Assembly (NCBI GenBank): GCA_004293285.1
Contig: RDYF01000026.1
Location: forward strand, 6,812 to 70,811
From: Verrucomicrobiota bacterium
Lineage (GTDB): Bacteria > Verrucomicrobiota > Verrucomicrobiia > Verrucomicrobiales > Akkermansiaceae
Direction of reading: 5' to 3'
DNA length: 64,000 bases
The notes below the pieces were generated by a model. That model was not told the origin of the DNA and did no database searches. It saw only the letters and a program-made list of their open reading frames with translations. Every line of letters begins with the position of its first letter. Position 1 is the first letter of the stretch. A program made the position numbers and the translations under genes. This document shows positions 35,250 to 45,606 of this stretch, piece by piece.

Positions 35250-36176
35250 TCAATGAGGCATCTTCTCGCGGGCGGAGTCGACCCATGGAGCGAACTCGGG
35301 AGGGATGGGTGCTGTGAAATGAAGTCGCTCGCCCGTGCGTGGGTGATCGATGCCCAGTTTCCAGGCATGGAGCATCAGTCGACCTGGCTGCACGGTTTGT
35401 CGGGCGATCGAAGAATAAATCGGATCGCCGATCAGAGGTGTGCCCTTGTGCTTCATGTGCACGCGGATTTGGTGAGTGCGTCCGGTGTGCAAGTGGCACA
35501 GCACGAGCGCGGTGCGGGACTGCGGGTCAGAAAACAGCACTTCATAATCCGTGATCGAGGGTCGGCCCGCGGGCGGAGTGACGACGGTCATTTTTTGTCG
35601 ATTGCGCGGATCGCGTCCGATGTGTGTGAACACCGTTTCGCTCGGGGGCTGGGGCGTTTGTTGCGTCACGCAGAGATAGATTTTCTCATTCGTGCGGTCG
35701 GCAAACTGGCTGGCGAGGTGCTGGTGCGTGCGATCATTTTTCGCCACAATCAGGCAGCCGGAAGTGTCCTTATCCAGTCGATGAACAATGCCGGGGCGCT
35801 CGACGCCGCCGATGCCTGAAAGCTGGCCTTTGCAGTGATGGAGCAGCGCATTCACCAGCGTGCCATCGGGATTTCCCGCAGCGGGGTGCACAACAATGCC
35901 CGATTCCTTATCCAGCACAATCAGGTCCTCGTCCTCAAACAGCACCTTCAGCGGGATCTCTTGTGGGGCGGCCTCAGCGGGGACCGCTTCCGGCAGGGCA
36001 ATGTCAATGACATCGCCCACCTTTACCGCATCGCGAGGCTTAGCGGGTTTGCCATTGCTGAGAATGTATTGCTCACGGATCAGTTCTTGGATGCGCGAGC
36101 GCGACAAGTCCGCCAAGCGACTGGCGAGCCAAGCATCGAGGCGGTCATGATCGGCGATGTCGACAGTCAGGATCAT
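35250..36176 (-). CDS. rluD: RluA-family 23S rRNA pseudouridine synthase (RluD-like) with an S4 domain
   Basis: RLDAWLASRLADLSRSRIQELIREQYILSNGKPAKPRDAVKVGDVI is the S4 domain. The catalytic motif is VHRLDKDTSGCLIVAKN. It also has GRTHQIRVHM. Confidence 0.85.
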   Translation of the reverse strand: MILTVDIADHDRLDAWLASRLADLSRSRIQELIREQYILSNGKPAKPRDAVKVGDVIDIALPEAVPAEAAPQEIPLKVLFEDEDLIVLDKESGIVVHPAAGNPDGTLVNALLHHCKGQLSGIGGVERPGIVHRLDKDTSGCLIVAKNDRTHQHLASQFADRTNEKIYLCVTQQTPQPPSETVFTHIGRDPRNRQKMTVVTPPAGRPSITDYEVLFSDPQSRTALVLCHLHTGRTHQIRVHMKHKGTPLIGDPIYSSIARQTVQPGRLMLHAWKLGIDHPRTGERLHFTAPIPPEFAPWVDSAREKMPH

Positions 36177-36323
36177 GGAGAAGTGATCAGTGGCAAATGA
36201 TCAGGGAAAAGGGAATCGCGTGAGAGCTTGGAGAGGGCTTGTGCTGAGGGCATGGAAAGAATGGAGGCAGGGAGGCGAGACGCCTCCGCCACGACTACGA
36301 ATCACTCCGCACTGCCTACGGCA

Positions 36324-37283
36324 TCAAATCTCCTGCACGGGGAGGTTAGCGCATTCCTCGCGAAGCTTCTCAGCGAGCAGCGTGCTGAGATAGCGTTCCG
36401 AGCTCGAGCAACCGATCGTAACAATGCGTTTGCCGGCAAATTCTGGGCGTTTTGCCACCTGCATGGCAGCCCAGACATTGGCACCCGTGGAGATGCCTGC
36501 GGGAATGCCTTCATCCTGAGCAAGCGCGCGAGCGGTTTCAAAAGCGTCCTCATTAGTGACCTGGATGACCTCATCGATGATCTCGACATTCAGGTTTTTC
36601 GGGATAAAGCCCGCGCCGATGCCTTGAATCATGTGTGGGCCAGGAGCGCCGCCCGAGATGACAGGGCTGGCGGTCGGTTCAACAGCAAACGTTTTCATGG
36701 CGCAGCGTTGTTTCAAGACTTCCGAAACACCCGTAATCGTGCCGCCGGTGCCGACACCTGCGACAAAGGCATCGATCTGCCCATCCGTAGCCGCCCAGAT
36801 TTCCTCGGCGGTGGTTTCGCGGTGGACTTGAGGGTTCGCGGGGTTATCAAACTGTCCAGGGCCAAAAGCACCGGGAGTTTCCTCCAGCATTTTTTTCGCC
36901 ATAGCAATCGCACCGCCCATGCCGCGGGCGCGAGGAGTGAGGACAATTTCGGCACCGAGCAAACGCAGCAGCACACGACGCTCCACCGACATGCTTTCAG
37001 GCATGGTGAGAATGCAGCGATAGCCCTTCGAGCGAGCGACAAAAGCGAGAGCGATACCCGTATTGCCCGACGTCGGTTCAATGATCAGACCGCCAGGTTT
37101 CAGCAAGCCATCGCGCTCTGCGGCTTCGATCATCGCCTTGCCAATCCGGTCCTTCACGCTAAAAAGCGGGTTAAAGAACTCGGCCTTCACGCAGATTTCG
37201 GCATTCAGGCCCTTGGTCACGTGATTCAGACGGATGAGGGGCGTATTGCCCACGGTGTCGACCATGCTATTCGCGATTTTCAT
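36324..37283 (-). CDS. cysK: Cysteine synthase (CysK/CysM family), second paralogue
   Basis: [22 protein letters not shown]...[29 protein letters not shown]...[38 protein letters not shown] used the internal ATG at 37283. Confidence 0.85.
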   Translation of the reverse strand: MKIANSMVDTVGNTPLIRLNHVTKGLNAEICVKAEFFNPLFSVKDRIGKAMIEAAERDGLLKPGGLIIEPTSGNTGIALAFVARSKGYRCILTMPESMSVERRVLLRLLGAEIVLTPRARGMGGAIAMAKKMLEETPGAFGPGQFDNPANPQVHRETTAEEIWAATDGQIDAFVAGVGTGGTITGVSEVLKQRCAMKTFAVEPTASPVISGGAPGPHMIQGIGAGFIPKNLNVEIIDEVIQVTNEDAFETARALAQDEGIPAGISTGANVWAAMQVAKRPEFAGKRIVTIGCSSSERYLSTLLAEKLREECANLPVQEI

Positions 37284-37388
37284 AATTGTGAGGAGTAAAG
37301 AGTGAGAGGTGAGAGCTGGAGGTACTGAAAGGTCTGTTCTTTGCCCTTTGGAACAAAAAAGATGGGGGTGGCTCAAGCGTGGCTGCGA

Positions 37389-38882
37389 TCAATTCGAGCC
37401 CGTGCCAGGGAGGAAGCGGTAATACACCTCCAACATCAGCGTGCAAAGAGCAGTGCGGTAGAAAGTGCTTTGGGCACCATCGCCTTGGAACTGCGCACCG
37501 ACAGCGCGGAGCTGGCCTGGAGGGCTATTCCAAGCACCATCCGAACGCTGATTGCGGAGGACTTCATCGCGCATCATGTCGTTGTATTTTTTCCACTCCT
37601 GACCACCGCGATGCATCATCGCTTGGGCTTCGTAGTAATGGCCATAGAGGTCGCACTCCGGCGCGCCCCATTTCAGATTGGTATTTTTCGAGATGTATTT
37701 CGCACCGCGGCGCACTTGCGAGCTGCTGCCTTTGTCCCACATCTGGAAGCAAAGAACACCGACGCCGGTGAGGGTGTAATAGCTAAGACCAGCGTGGTGA
37801 CCCTTGCTGTTGTAGCCGAAGCCGCCATCATCGGCTTGCATATCCTCAATGTAACGCAGGCCTTTGCTGGCGGTGTGACTGAGGTTTTTGAAATCGAGCC
37901 CCGTGTGCTTCATGGCCTTAAGAGCTTGCAAGTGCCAGCCCGTGATCGAGACGTCGGTATGAGCGTTCGAAGAAGCGTCGTAGCCATAAGCCCAGCCGCC
38001 ATTTTTGTGTTGGCCATCGATCAACACCTGACCCGCCTTCTGAGTGACCTCGGGCAAATTCGGCACCGTGATGCCAAGCTGTTTGCAGAAGGTCGTGGAC
38101 TCAGCGAGAGCATAAACGGCGATCGAGTGTTCATAGACCCAGCCGTGGCCGCCGAAGTTTTGCGCCAGCTTGCCATCCTTCATGCCGAGATTGACCAAAA
38201 AGGTCATAGCCTTGAGGCAGGAGTCGCCAAATTCTTCCGAGAGAGGCGTTTCGCAATGTCCGAGATAGGCGAGGAGACCGAGACCCGTCATCGCGGCTTT
38301 ATTGGATTCGCCCCAAGAGCCATCGGAATTTTGCGTTTGTTTCATCCAGCGAAGAGCCTTCAACACAGCTTCCTCGCACTGTTCCGTGCCGCCGGTTTCC
38401 GAGAGACGTTGCAGGCGGTCTTCCTTCGAGCAGCGCTTGCGCATGGTCGCTGGGATGGCACCGAAGCCACCACCGCCGCCACCGCCGTCGCCACCCGAGC
38501 CCCAGCCATCGCCGAAGTCATCGCCATTGCCGAAATCGGTCGTAGGCTGCGTGATATCGACTTCCGGCACAGGAATGGCGACATTCGACGCGGTTGCGGC
38601 AGCAATCACCTTCGCGCTCGAGGCCGAAGGAGCAGAGGGTTTTTGCTTTGAATTGGTGCTGACTTTCTTGGTTTCCAGCACTTCTTCCGTAGGCACGCTC
38701 GCGCTGTAGGTAACAATCACCGGAGTCTCCTTGATGAAGGGCTGAATGAAAATGAAGGCAAGCAAAAGCCCTATGAGAATCAACGAGAGAAACGCGATGA
38801 TGATCGAAGTAATCGTCGAATTCCGCTTCATCGCGTCGAGGCGAGCTTTGGCTTCCGGGCTAAGTTGTGCGTGAATGCTCAT
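37389..38882 (-). CDS. Membrane-anchored prenyltransferase/squalene-oxidase-repeat (alpha/alpha-toroid) protein
   Basis: One N-terminal TM helix and a Gly-rich linker (GDGGGGGGGFG). Repeated QxxDGSWG / NGGWAY / DDGGFGY motifs are typical of terpene-cyclase-like repeats common in PVC bacteria. Confidence 0.6.
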   Translation of the reverse strand: MSIHAQLSPEAKARLDAMKRNSTITSIIIAFLSLILIGLLLAFIFIQPFIKETPVIVTYSASVPTEEVLETKKVSTNSKQKPSAPSASSAKVIAAATASNVAIPVPEVDITQPTTDFGNGDDFGDGWGSGGDGGGGGGGFGAIPATMRKRCSKEDRLQRLSETGGTEQCEEAVLKALRWMKQTQNSDGSWGESNKAAMTGLGLLAYLGHCETPLSEEFGDSCLKAMTFLVNLGMKDGKLAQNFGGHGWVYEHSIAVYALAESTTFCKQLGITVPNLPEVTQKAGQVLIDGQHKNGGWAYGYDASSNAHTDVSITGWHLQALKAMKHTGLDFKNLSHTASKGLRYIEDMQADDGGFGYNSKGHHAGLSYYTLTGVGVLCFQMWDKGSSSQVRRGAKYISKNTNLKWGAPECDLYGHYYEAQAMMHRGGQEWKKYNDMMRDEVLRNQRSDGAWNSPPGQLRAVGAQFQGDGAQSTFYRTALCTLMLEVYYRFLPGTGSN

Positions 38883-39133
38883 GGTTTTTACGGGTTAAAT
38901 CAGCGGCACCAAAAGAAGGAGCAACGAAAAACTAAAAGAAAATCAAAAAATTGCCAGCGGAAAGTTTGGGCATTGATCGCAGGGCGATCAAGCGAGTGGG
39001 AATCGATCCCTGATACGAACGACCGATGGCCATCGAGATTGGTTTGGACGGCATTTCCGCATTTTTCAAAATTTTTGCCATGGCAATGAAGCGGAGATCG
39101 ATGGTGAAGAGTGCTTTGGGGGGGCGGGGGGAG

Positions 39134-39162
39134 AAAAAAAACGGGCGTCATGCGACGCCCGT
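39134..39162 (-). terminator. Rho-independent terminator (minus strand)
   Basis: Stem CGGGCGTC / GACGCCCG (39142-39149 / 39154-39161) with a 4-nt loop, followed on the minus strand by T8 (plus-strand A-run at 39134-39141). Confidence 0.75.
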
Positions 39163-39271
39163 TTGCGAGAGAAGGAAAAAAGAGGCTGGGAATGCTTATT
39201 CCTTACCGAGCTGCTGGGCGGTCCAGGGGGCAGCTTGGTCTTTGTATTTTTCGCGAGCCGCTTTGACTTGC

Positions 39272-42200
39272 TCAGGCATAGGTCAAGACATCTGCGACTT
39301 TTTGGTCATCGAGATCATTGTGTGGGGGCATAACGCTGACAAATTTCACACCCTTAACCGTGACAGGACCTTGCAGACCTTTGAGCACGATCTTGATCGG
39401 CAATTCGGCATCATTGACCAGCCATTCCGAGGCATCGAGCGGCGGGAAGGCACCAGGTGTGCCTTGGCCATCGGGGCCGTGGCAAGCGGTGCAGGTCATG
39501 GCATAAACAGCTTCGCCACGCTTGTGCACGGCGGCATCGATCGGATGCTTGCGGACCTTGGCCACAGTTGCAGCAGCGGTCGTTTTGTGCCAAGCACGCA
39601 GACCCTCCAGAGCCGACTCAGCGCTGCCGCCGCTGGCGATCTTGATCAGCGAAACGTCATCAAACCAAGCCGTGCCAGTCGATCCGCCATAACCGCCGAG
39701 AAGAAGATTCAGCACCTCCGTGCCAGCTTCCTCGCTATTGAAGTCAAAGCTGATTTGCTGCCAATCCTTCGTGCCATCGACACCAGCCGACTTCACCTGA
39801 GCCGTGTGAGCATTGATCAACGCGCCGAGACCGCCGGTGCGGACGACATTTTCCGTGCGCACCCAAGCGGAAAAGCGGTAGGAAGTATTCGCCTCGACCG
39901 GCACATCAAAGCCTGCGGCGACGTCGGCACTGCGATTGACCGTGAGTTGGATCGCCTTGCTGTTATTTCGGCCTTTGTCCGAGAGCGACAGTGCGACCGA
40001 AGCGGGGTCACCGCCGTAGACGCGCAGGCTCCAGCCTTTCGGCAGCCCGCCGGAATCCTCTTCAAAGCCAGGGTTCGGCAGCAAATTCGGGGCGACCACG
40101 GGAACAGCAGGCTTGCCGGCATTTTGGGCATCGTCGAGCGCGAGAATGCCCGCCGCATTCTTGCGCGCAGCCATCTGCCAGGCATCGGCGAGAACAGGGT
40201 CAGCAAAGATCTCCTGCGCGCGATCCGTGGCGAGAGCATACAGCTGCTTCGCCAGATCAGCCGATGGTTCAGCGTAAGAGAGCGCGACCAATTTTTCCGC
40301 GAGTTCGCGCGGCGACTTAGCACCCAGTTCCGGCCCCGTGCTGGTGCTGACCAACAGAGCAGGTGAGGACTTCGCTGCAAACTCCGTCGAAATCCGGCGC
40401 AGCGCGCGATTGCCCGAAGTGAGAGCCTCGCGGGTGGTGGCATCGTCCGTCGCCTTCAGTGCCGTCAAAACGGCGTAGGCATGAGAAGAAGCAGCATCGC
40501 CCTTGGCGACAAGAGCTTTGAGCGCAGGAACGACATCGGCCTTGCCGCGCTGAATGAGCAGGCCTTGAGCGGTCAAGCGCCAGAACAAATTCGGATGCGA
40601 CAGGGCATCGACCAAGGTCTTTTCCTTCGTCAGATCAAGCTTCGGATTCACATCATCCTTCGAGCCAGCGGGGTAAACGCGATAGACACGACCGTGGCGG
40701 GTATCGCGCACCGGAGTTTCATAGGCATTGCCCTTGCCATTCTTGGCATCCATGCCCGAATTCGCCTTACTCGGCGTGGGGTTGTGTTGGATGATGAGAT
40801 TGTACCAATCGCTGATCCAGACCGCGCCATCGGGTCCCGTTTCCGCAGCGACAGGGCCCGACCAGGCATCGGCGGAGTTGTAGAGGTTGTTGTTGACCTG
40901 CTTGGCGACATACGACGCGCCTTTCGGAGTGATGGCAAACTGACCGACGAGCTTGCCCGTGCCTTCCGTAACAAAGGCGTATTTTTCGCGATACTCCTCG
41001 GGGAAACGGTTCGAGGTGTAGAAACTGTGTCCGGCGCCCGCAGTGTAGCGTTCAAACTGGTCGACCTGACGAATGTCGGTCGAAGATGGCAGGTAGATCG
41101 GATTGTCATCCGCGCGCGGCGTTTTGGGCTGGCTTAGGCCAAAGGCGTCGTAGCGCTCCTTGGGGAAAGTGAAGACCCACGAAGGATTCGCGTTCGCGGT
41201 CGAACCAAGGATATCGAAATCCGAAGTAAAGCCCAAGCCCCAGGTATTGTTCGTGGTGCTCTGCAAGTATTCCATCTTCGAGCCATCGGGCAAAAAGCGG
41301 AAAAGTCCCGAGGAAAAGCCGAGATTCACTCCGCCGACCGTGCCACGGAAGCCGCTGTAACCGACCGTGCCATAGACCCAGTTGTCGAGACCGATGCGCA
41401 GGTTCGAGACCCCCGCGTGGGTATCGCCAATGCCAAAGCCTTCGATGATCGTCTTACGCACATCGGCCTTGTCGTCACCATCCGTGTCTTCCAGCACGAG
41501 GATTTCGGAAGCGTTGGTGCAAATGACCTTGGTGCCATAGAAACAGAGCGAAGTGGGAATGGAAAGCTTGTCGGCAAAAACCGTGAACTTATCGGCGCGA
41601 CCATCGCGATTGGTGTCTTCACAAATGGTGATCTTATCATTGCCCATTTTGTTTTCGTGCAGATTGTTCGGGTAATCGACCGTTTGCAGCACGTAGGCAC
41701 GACCCTTGTGATCCCAGGCCACATAGATCGGATTGACGATATCGGGCTCGCTGGCAAAGAGCGACAGCTCAAAGCCGACAGGCACCTGGGCCATTTTGAT
41801 CGAATCTTCGGGTTTCAGCGGTTTTTGGCCTTCGGTGATCAGTTGGCGCTTGAGGTAGCCCGGAAGCTCCATGGGTTCCATTTCCAGCTTCGGCAGATTG
41901 AGTGCCTTCAACTTGCTGTATGCTTGAGGGCCGACCGACCAATAGATCGCGCGCTTGAGCAAATCGTGAAACTGCGCTTGATCCCAAACGCGGTGATCGT
42001 GACCAGAAGCGGTGTAAAACACCCGACCCTTGCCTTGATTGCGCACCCAAGACCAAGGTTCCTCCTCGCGCGTTTGCAGGATGACGCGGTCGTCGCCATG
42101 ATTGTCGTGAACATAGGTTTCATCCCATGCCGAAAAACCTTGGTAGCCATTGGTGATCGGATGCTTGGTATTCACCGTTTTCGGCTCAAACACGCCCTCG

Positions 42201-42652
42201 GTGTGAGACTTAAAGCGTCCGCCCACGAGTTTGATGAACTCGGGCGAGCCACCATAGCACGCCGAGGCGCAATGGATGGGCAAGAAACCTTTGCCGCTTT
42301 CCACATAGCTGAGCAATGCCTTGAGTTGATCCGCCGGCATGGCCTCATTTTGTTTCCAATTGCCATACATCATCACGGCATCGAAATGACGCAAGGTCTC
42401 AGGCTTAAACACTTCCGCGGGATCTTCCGAGTACGTGAAATTGATGCCAGCAGTGCCGAGATGGCGCTTAATCACGCGGTAGCGGGTCACGGGATCATGG
42501 CCGGGATGAGCTGCGGTGGGAGCGCCAAAAAACAGCACCTCGAGGCGACGAGCCTCTTGCTTGGGCTGAATCAGCGACGCGGCCAGCGCAGAGAAACAGA
42601 GTAGGATCGGTAGGAAGATACGCATAGGTCGATGGGTCAATGCAATACGCAC
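39272..42652 (-). CDS. Multidomain ThuA-like + PVC-type membrane-bound dehydrogenase + HEAT + CBM-like + C-terminal cytochrome c (CxxCH) protein, 1126 aa
   Basis: The ThuA-like N-terminus has GKGFLPIHCASA and GRVFYTASGHD. It also has FELSLFASEPDIVNPIYVAWDHKGRAYV, a CBM-like NLLPNPGFEED...YRFSAWVRTE, and the heme motif YAMTCTACHGPDGQG...VMPPHNDLDDQKVADVLTYA. Confidence 0.7.
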   Translation of the reverse strand: MRIALTHRPMRIFLPILLCFSALAASLIQPKQEARRLEVLFFGAPTAAHPGHDPVTRYRVIKRHLGTAGINFTYSEDPAEVFKPETLRHFDAVMMYGNWKQNEAMPADQLKALLSYVESGKGFLPIHCASACYGGSPEFIKLVGGRFKSHTEGVFEPKTVNTKHPITNGYQGFSAWDETYVHDNHGDDRVILQTREEEPWSWVRNQGKGRVFYTASGHDHRVWDQAQFHDLLKRAIYWSVGPQAYSKLKALNLPKLEMEPMELPGYLKRQLITEGQKPLKPEDSIKMAQVPVGFELSLFASEPDIVNPIYVAWDHKGRAYVLQTVDYPNNLHENKMGNDKITICEDTNRDGRADKFTVFADKLSIPTSLCFYGTKVICTNASEILVLEDTDGDDKADVRKTIIEGFGIGDTHAGVSNLRIGLDNWVYGTVGYSGFRGTVGGVNLGFSSGLFRFLPDGSKMEYLQSTTNNTWGLGFTSDFDILGSTANANPSWVFTFPKERYDAFGLSQPKTPRADDNPIYLPSSTDIRQVDQFERYTAGAGHSFYTSNRFPEEYREKYAFVTEGTGKLVGQFAITPKGASYVAKQVNNNLYNSADAWSGPVAAETGPDGAVWISDWYNLIIQHNPTPSKANSGMDAKNGKGNAYETPVRDTRHGRVYRVYPAGSKDDVNPKLDLTKEKTLVDALSHPNLFWRLTAQGLLIQRGKADVVPALKALVAKGDAASSHAYAVLTALKATDDATTREALTSGNRALRRISTEFAAKSSPALLVSTSTGPELGAKSPRELAEKLVALSYAEPSADLAKQLYALATDRAQEIFADPVLADAWQMAARKNAAGILALDDAQNAGKPAVPVVAPNLLPNPGFEEDSGGLPKGWSLRVYGGDPASVALSLSDKGRNNSKAIQLTVNRSADVAAGFDVPVEANTSYRFSAWVRTENVVRTGGLGALINAHTAQVKSAGVDGTKDWQQISFDFNSEEAGTEVLNLLLGGYGGSTGTAWFDDVSLIKIASGGSAESALEGLRAWHKTTAAATVAKVRKHPIDAAVHKRGEAVYAMTCTACHGPDGQGTPGAFPPLDASEWLVNDAELPIKIVLKGLQGPVTVKGVKFVSVMPPHNDLDDQKVADVLTYA

Positions 42653-42760
42653 AGATTAGGTTCGAGTTGTCAAAAATCGAGATGAGGTTGTGTCATTCAT
42701 GTCACGCAGCAGTAAACTGCCGAGAGAGGCATCGATCCCGACCTTTTCCGAAGCGAGGAT

Positions 42761-45490
42761 TTACTCGATTGGCGCCAGCAGCTGACGCAGAGTCCCGGCA
42801 TCGAGCTTGGCCGTGCGGTCGGCCTGGGAGAGGAGATTGCTGGCGAGCTCGGCTTTTTCTTGTTGGAGCAAATGGATTCGTTGCTCGACCGTGTGTTCGC
42901 ACAGAAGTTTGTGCACGAAAACCGGTTTGTCTTGGCCAATGCGATAAGCGCGGTCGGTCGCTTGGGCTTCGGCGGCAGGGTTCCACCAGGGGTCGTAGTG
43001 GATCACGGTATCGGCTGCGGTAAGATTGAGCCCGGTGCCGCCGGCTTTGAGCGAAATCAGGAAAAGCGGGATTTTTCCGGTTTGAAATTGCTCGACAAGC
43101 GCACCGCGGTCTTTGCTGCTGCCGGTGAGGATGAGGTAAGGGATGTTGTTTTTTTGCAAGTGCTTCTCGATGATGGCGAGCATGCTGGTGAACTGCGAAA
43201 ACAACAGGATGCGTCGACCTTCTTCAAGCAGCGTGCTCAGCAGCTCGGTGAGGAAGTCGAGCTTCGACGACTGGTTGAGCTGATTGGCAAACTCCTCCGG
43301 CAGCAGGCTGGGGTGACAACAGAGCTGTCGGAGTTTCAGCAGCGCATCGAGAAACAGAATTTGGCTTTGTTCCATGCCGCGCGCGGCGATGGCGGCCCGC
43401 ACGCGTTTGTCCATGGTGGCGCGGATGGTCTCGTAAAGGTCCTTTTGAGGGGTCGAGAGCTCGATCAAATGCACCAGCGTGGTTTTGGGCGGCAGCTCCT
43501 TGGCGACTTGGTCCTTCGTCCGACGAAGAATCAGCGGGGCGAGTCGGTTTTTGAGAGCGAGAAATCGCGTTTCATCGCCCTGTTTTTCAATAGGCTTGCG
43601 GAATTGGGAGTCGAACGATTTTTCCGTGCCGAGAAAGCCGGGCATGAGGAAGCGCATCAGGCTCCAGAGTTCGCCGAGGTGATTTTCTACGGGCGTACCC
43701 GAGAGGCAGAGTCGGTGACGGGCGGTCAGCTGGCAGGCCGCTTGAGCAACCTGGGCGCGGGGGTTTTTGATGTATTGTGCTTCATCGAGAATGACCAAGT
43801 GAAATTCCTGCGCCTTCAGCTTGGCGATATCGCGATGCAGCAGTGCGTAGGATGTGAGGACGACATCGGCATAGGCCAGGCTGCGAAAATACTTGCTGCG
43901 ATCGGCACCACTGAGCACGAGGATGCGCAGTGAAGGAGCAAATTTCGTGGCTTCGGCACGCCAGTTCGAGACCACGGATGTCGGCGCGATAACCAACGAG
44001 GGCAGGCCTTTGCTATGGCCATTTTCCTTTTCAGCCAGCAAGTGCGCCAGCGTTTGCATGGTTTTGCCGAGCCCCATGTCATCAGCGAGGATGCCGTGCA
44101 GGCCGTGTCGGGCGAGAAACTGCATCCAGCGAAAGCCGGTGATTTGGTAATCGCGCATCGTCGCTTGTAGGCCTGCGGGGGCGGCGGTTTCTTCGATGCC
44201 GGAAAAGTGCTGCATTTTTTCGCGCAGTGCGACCAGTTCCGGCGGGGCCTCGAGTCCGAGCTCGGCAACGGCGCTGAGCGAAACGGCATCGAGGGCGTGA
44301 ATGCGGGTGTTGCCAAGAAACTTCGGGTCGATCAGTGCGACAAGGTGCTGGAGAATCGCACGCACCCGTCCGAGCGGAAGCTTGATCGCGGCGCCATCGG
44401 GCAGCGGGGCGAGGACAAAGCCGTTGTTGGGTCGGTCGAGCGTTTCCTCGAGGTAGTTTTCCTCAATCAGCTTCGCCAAAATCGGCAGCAGGTCGTAGGA
44501 TTTTCCGTTCACTTGGAAGCCAACGGAAAGATGGAACCAGCCCCCCGAGTCATCGGCGGCGTGCAGCGCAGTGTCCCAGTCGTCGGGGACTGTGTCGTAG
44601 ACTTCGTGGCCAACATTGTCGGTAAAAGTCACGTGCCATCCGCGCTCCACCAGCAAGGAGCGATGAAAGGCGCGGAACTGATGCCAATAGCTCGCCGCCG
44701 CAGAAGGCGGGATTTGCGGGACCCAGGGATTGTCGGCGGGAATCGCACGCTTTTGCGCTCCGTGGAGAAAGCGCAACATCGGCGTGGCATCGAAGGCCGA
44801 TAGACCAATTTCGCGCAGCGTCAGCGCGGCGACAGTCTCGTGGGCGCGGTCGCGTCGGACCAACAGCGCCTGCCCTTGTGCATCGCGCACCTCCGAAGCG
44901 GCTTCTGGCAGCACGGAAAAAAGCGGCAGGGCGTGAGCATCATAGACGGCAAAAGCGCGAGCGACGACCCATTCCGTCGGCTCCTTTTCCCCAAGGTATT
45001 GGCAGATCAGCGCGGCATTGCGATCGCGCACGGGTTCGCGGCAAATCTCCAAGCGAAAGTGCGGTTGCGTCACCAGAGTGGGGATGTCGGGCGGCTCCTG
45101 AGTCAGCAGCGACGCGGCGCTGGGCAGAGCGAGGGGCGACTTCAGCGACGCGCTGCGACCGTCCGTGAGGCGCAGCAGATTTTCCGATGTCGCCAACGTG
45201 CTGAGCAAAGCCGCCGCGTGTTCGCAGCAATGGGCGACAGTGCACGAGCAAGAAGTCTCGAACTCCCAAGCGCCGTCTTGTTGCCAAAAATTGATTTCGA
45301 GAGAGAGCGGTGGTTTGCTGCTGATTTGCGCGACGACCGTGAGATTTTGGTCATCGATGACATCGGCCTGCATCGCAGAAATGCGTCGTTCTTTATTGAT
45401 TTTCCGCGAAGCCGCGAGGATTTCCTCGTCAAAACGCCCGCGCCACTCCTCGTGGGCGAGAAGCGCTTGAAGAGAGGCAAAAGACGACAT
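42761..45490 (-). CDS. SNF2-family helicase with an N-terminal SWIM zinc finger
   Basis: The SWIM motif is SCSCTVAHCCEHAAALL. Helicase motifs are ILADDMGLGKT, LVILDEAQYIKN, SGTPVENHLGELWSL and SLKAGGTGLNLTAADTVIHYDPWWNPAAEAQATDRAYRIGQ. Confidence 0.85.
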   Translation of the reverse strand: MSSFASLQALLAHEEWRGRFDEEILAASRKINKERRISAMQADVIDDQNLTVVAQISSKPPLSLEINFWQQDGAWEFETSCSCTVAHCCEHAAALLSTLATSENLLRLTDGRSASLKSPLALPSAASLLTQEPPDIPTLVTQPHFRLEICREPVRDRNAALICQYLGEKEPTEWVVARAFAVYDAHALPLFSVLPEAASEVRDAQGQALLVRRDRAHETVAALTLREIGLSAFDATPMLRFLHGAQKRAIPADNPWVPQIPPSAAASYWHQFRAFHRSLLVERGWHVTFTDNVGHEVYDTVPDDWDTALHAADDSGGWFHLSVGFQVNGKSYDLLPILAKLIEENYLEETLDRPNNGFVLAPLPDGAAIKLPLGRVRAILQHLVALIDPKFLGNTRIHALDAVSLSAVAELGLEAPPELVALREKMQHFSGIEETAAPAGLQATMRDYQITGFRWMQFLARHGLHGILADDMGLGKTMQTLAHLLAEKENGHSKGLPSLVIAPTSVVSNWRAEATKFAPSLRILVLSGADRSKYFRSLAYADVVLTSYALLHRDIAKLKAQEFHLVILDEAQYIKNPRAQVAQAACQLTARHRLCLSGTPVENHLGELWSLMRFLMPGFLGTEKSFDSQFRKPIEKQGDETRFLALKNRLAPLILRRTKDQVAKELPPKTTLVHLIELSTPQKDLYETIRATMDKRVRAAIAARGMEQSQILFLDALLKLRQLCCHPSLLPEEFANQLNQSSKLDFLTELLSTLLEEGRRILLFSQFTSMLAIIEKHLQKNNIPYLILTGSSKDRGALVEQFQTGKIPLFLISLKAGGTGLNLTAADTVIHYDPWWNPAAEAQATDRAYRIGQDKPVFVHKLLCEHTVEQRIHLLQQEKAELASNLLSQADRTAKLDAGTLRQLLAPIE

Positions 45491-45606
45491 GGCAGAATCT
45501 GGGATGGAAGCGTGGTGGATGACAAGTCTCGACTGGGAAAAGGGCGGTGTCGAACATTTTCCCGCTCCTGTCTTGCACTTCTAGCGCGAGTGCGCATGAT
45601 GGCCGC

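Noticed and set aside
36228-38651. Plus-strand ORFs of 356 aa (36228-37298) and 436 aa (37341-38651)
   Set aside because: They are antisense to the second cysK and to the prenyltransferase-repeat gene, both of which have strong family signatures on the minus strand.
39026-43933. Plus-strand ORFs of 446 aa, 218 aa, 395 aa and 357 aa
   Set aside because: They are antisense to the 1126-aa dehydrogenase and the SNF2 helicase genes, and I recognise no motifs in them.
42761-45490. The SWIM-SNF2 helicase as part of a defence island
   Set aside because: There is no adjacent methylase, nuclease, PLD or other defence-type partner. The neighbours are a dehydrogenase and dedA, so it looks like the widespread stand-alone RapA/YwqA-like helicase.
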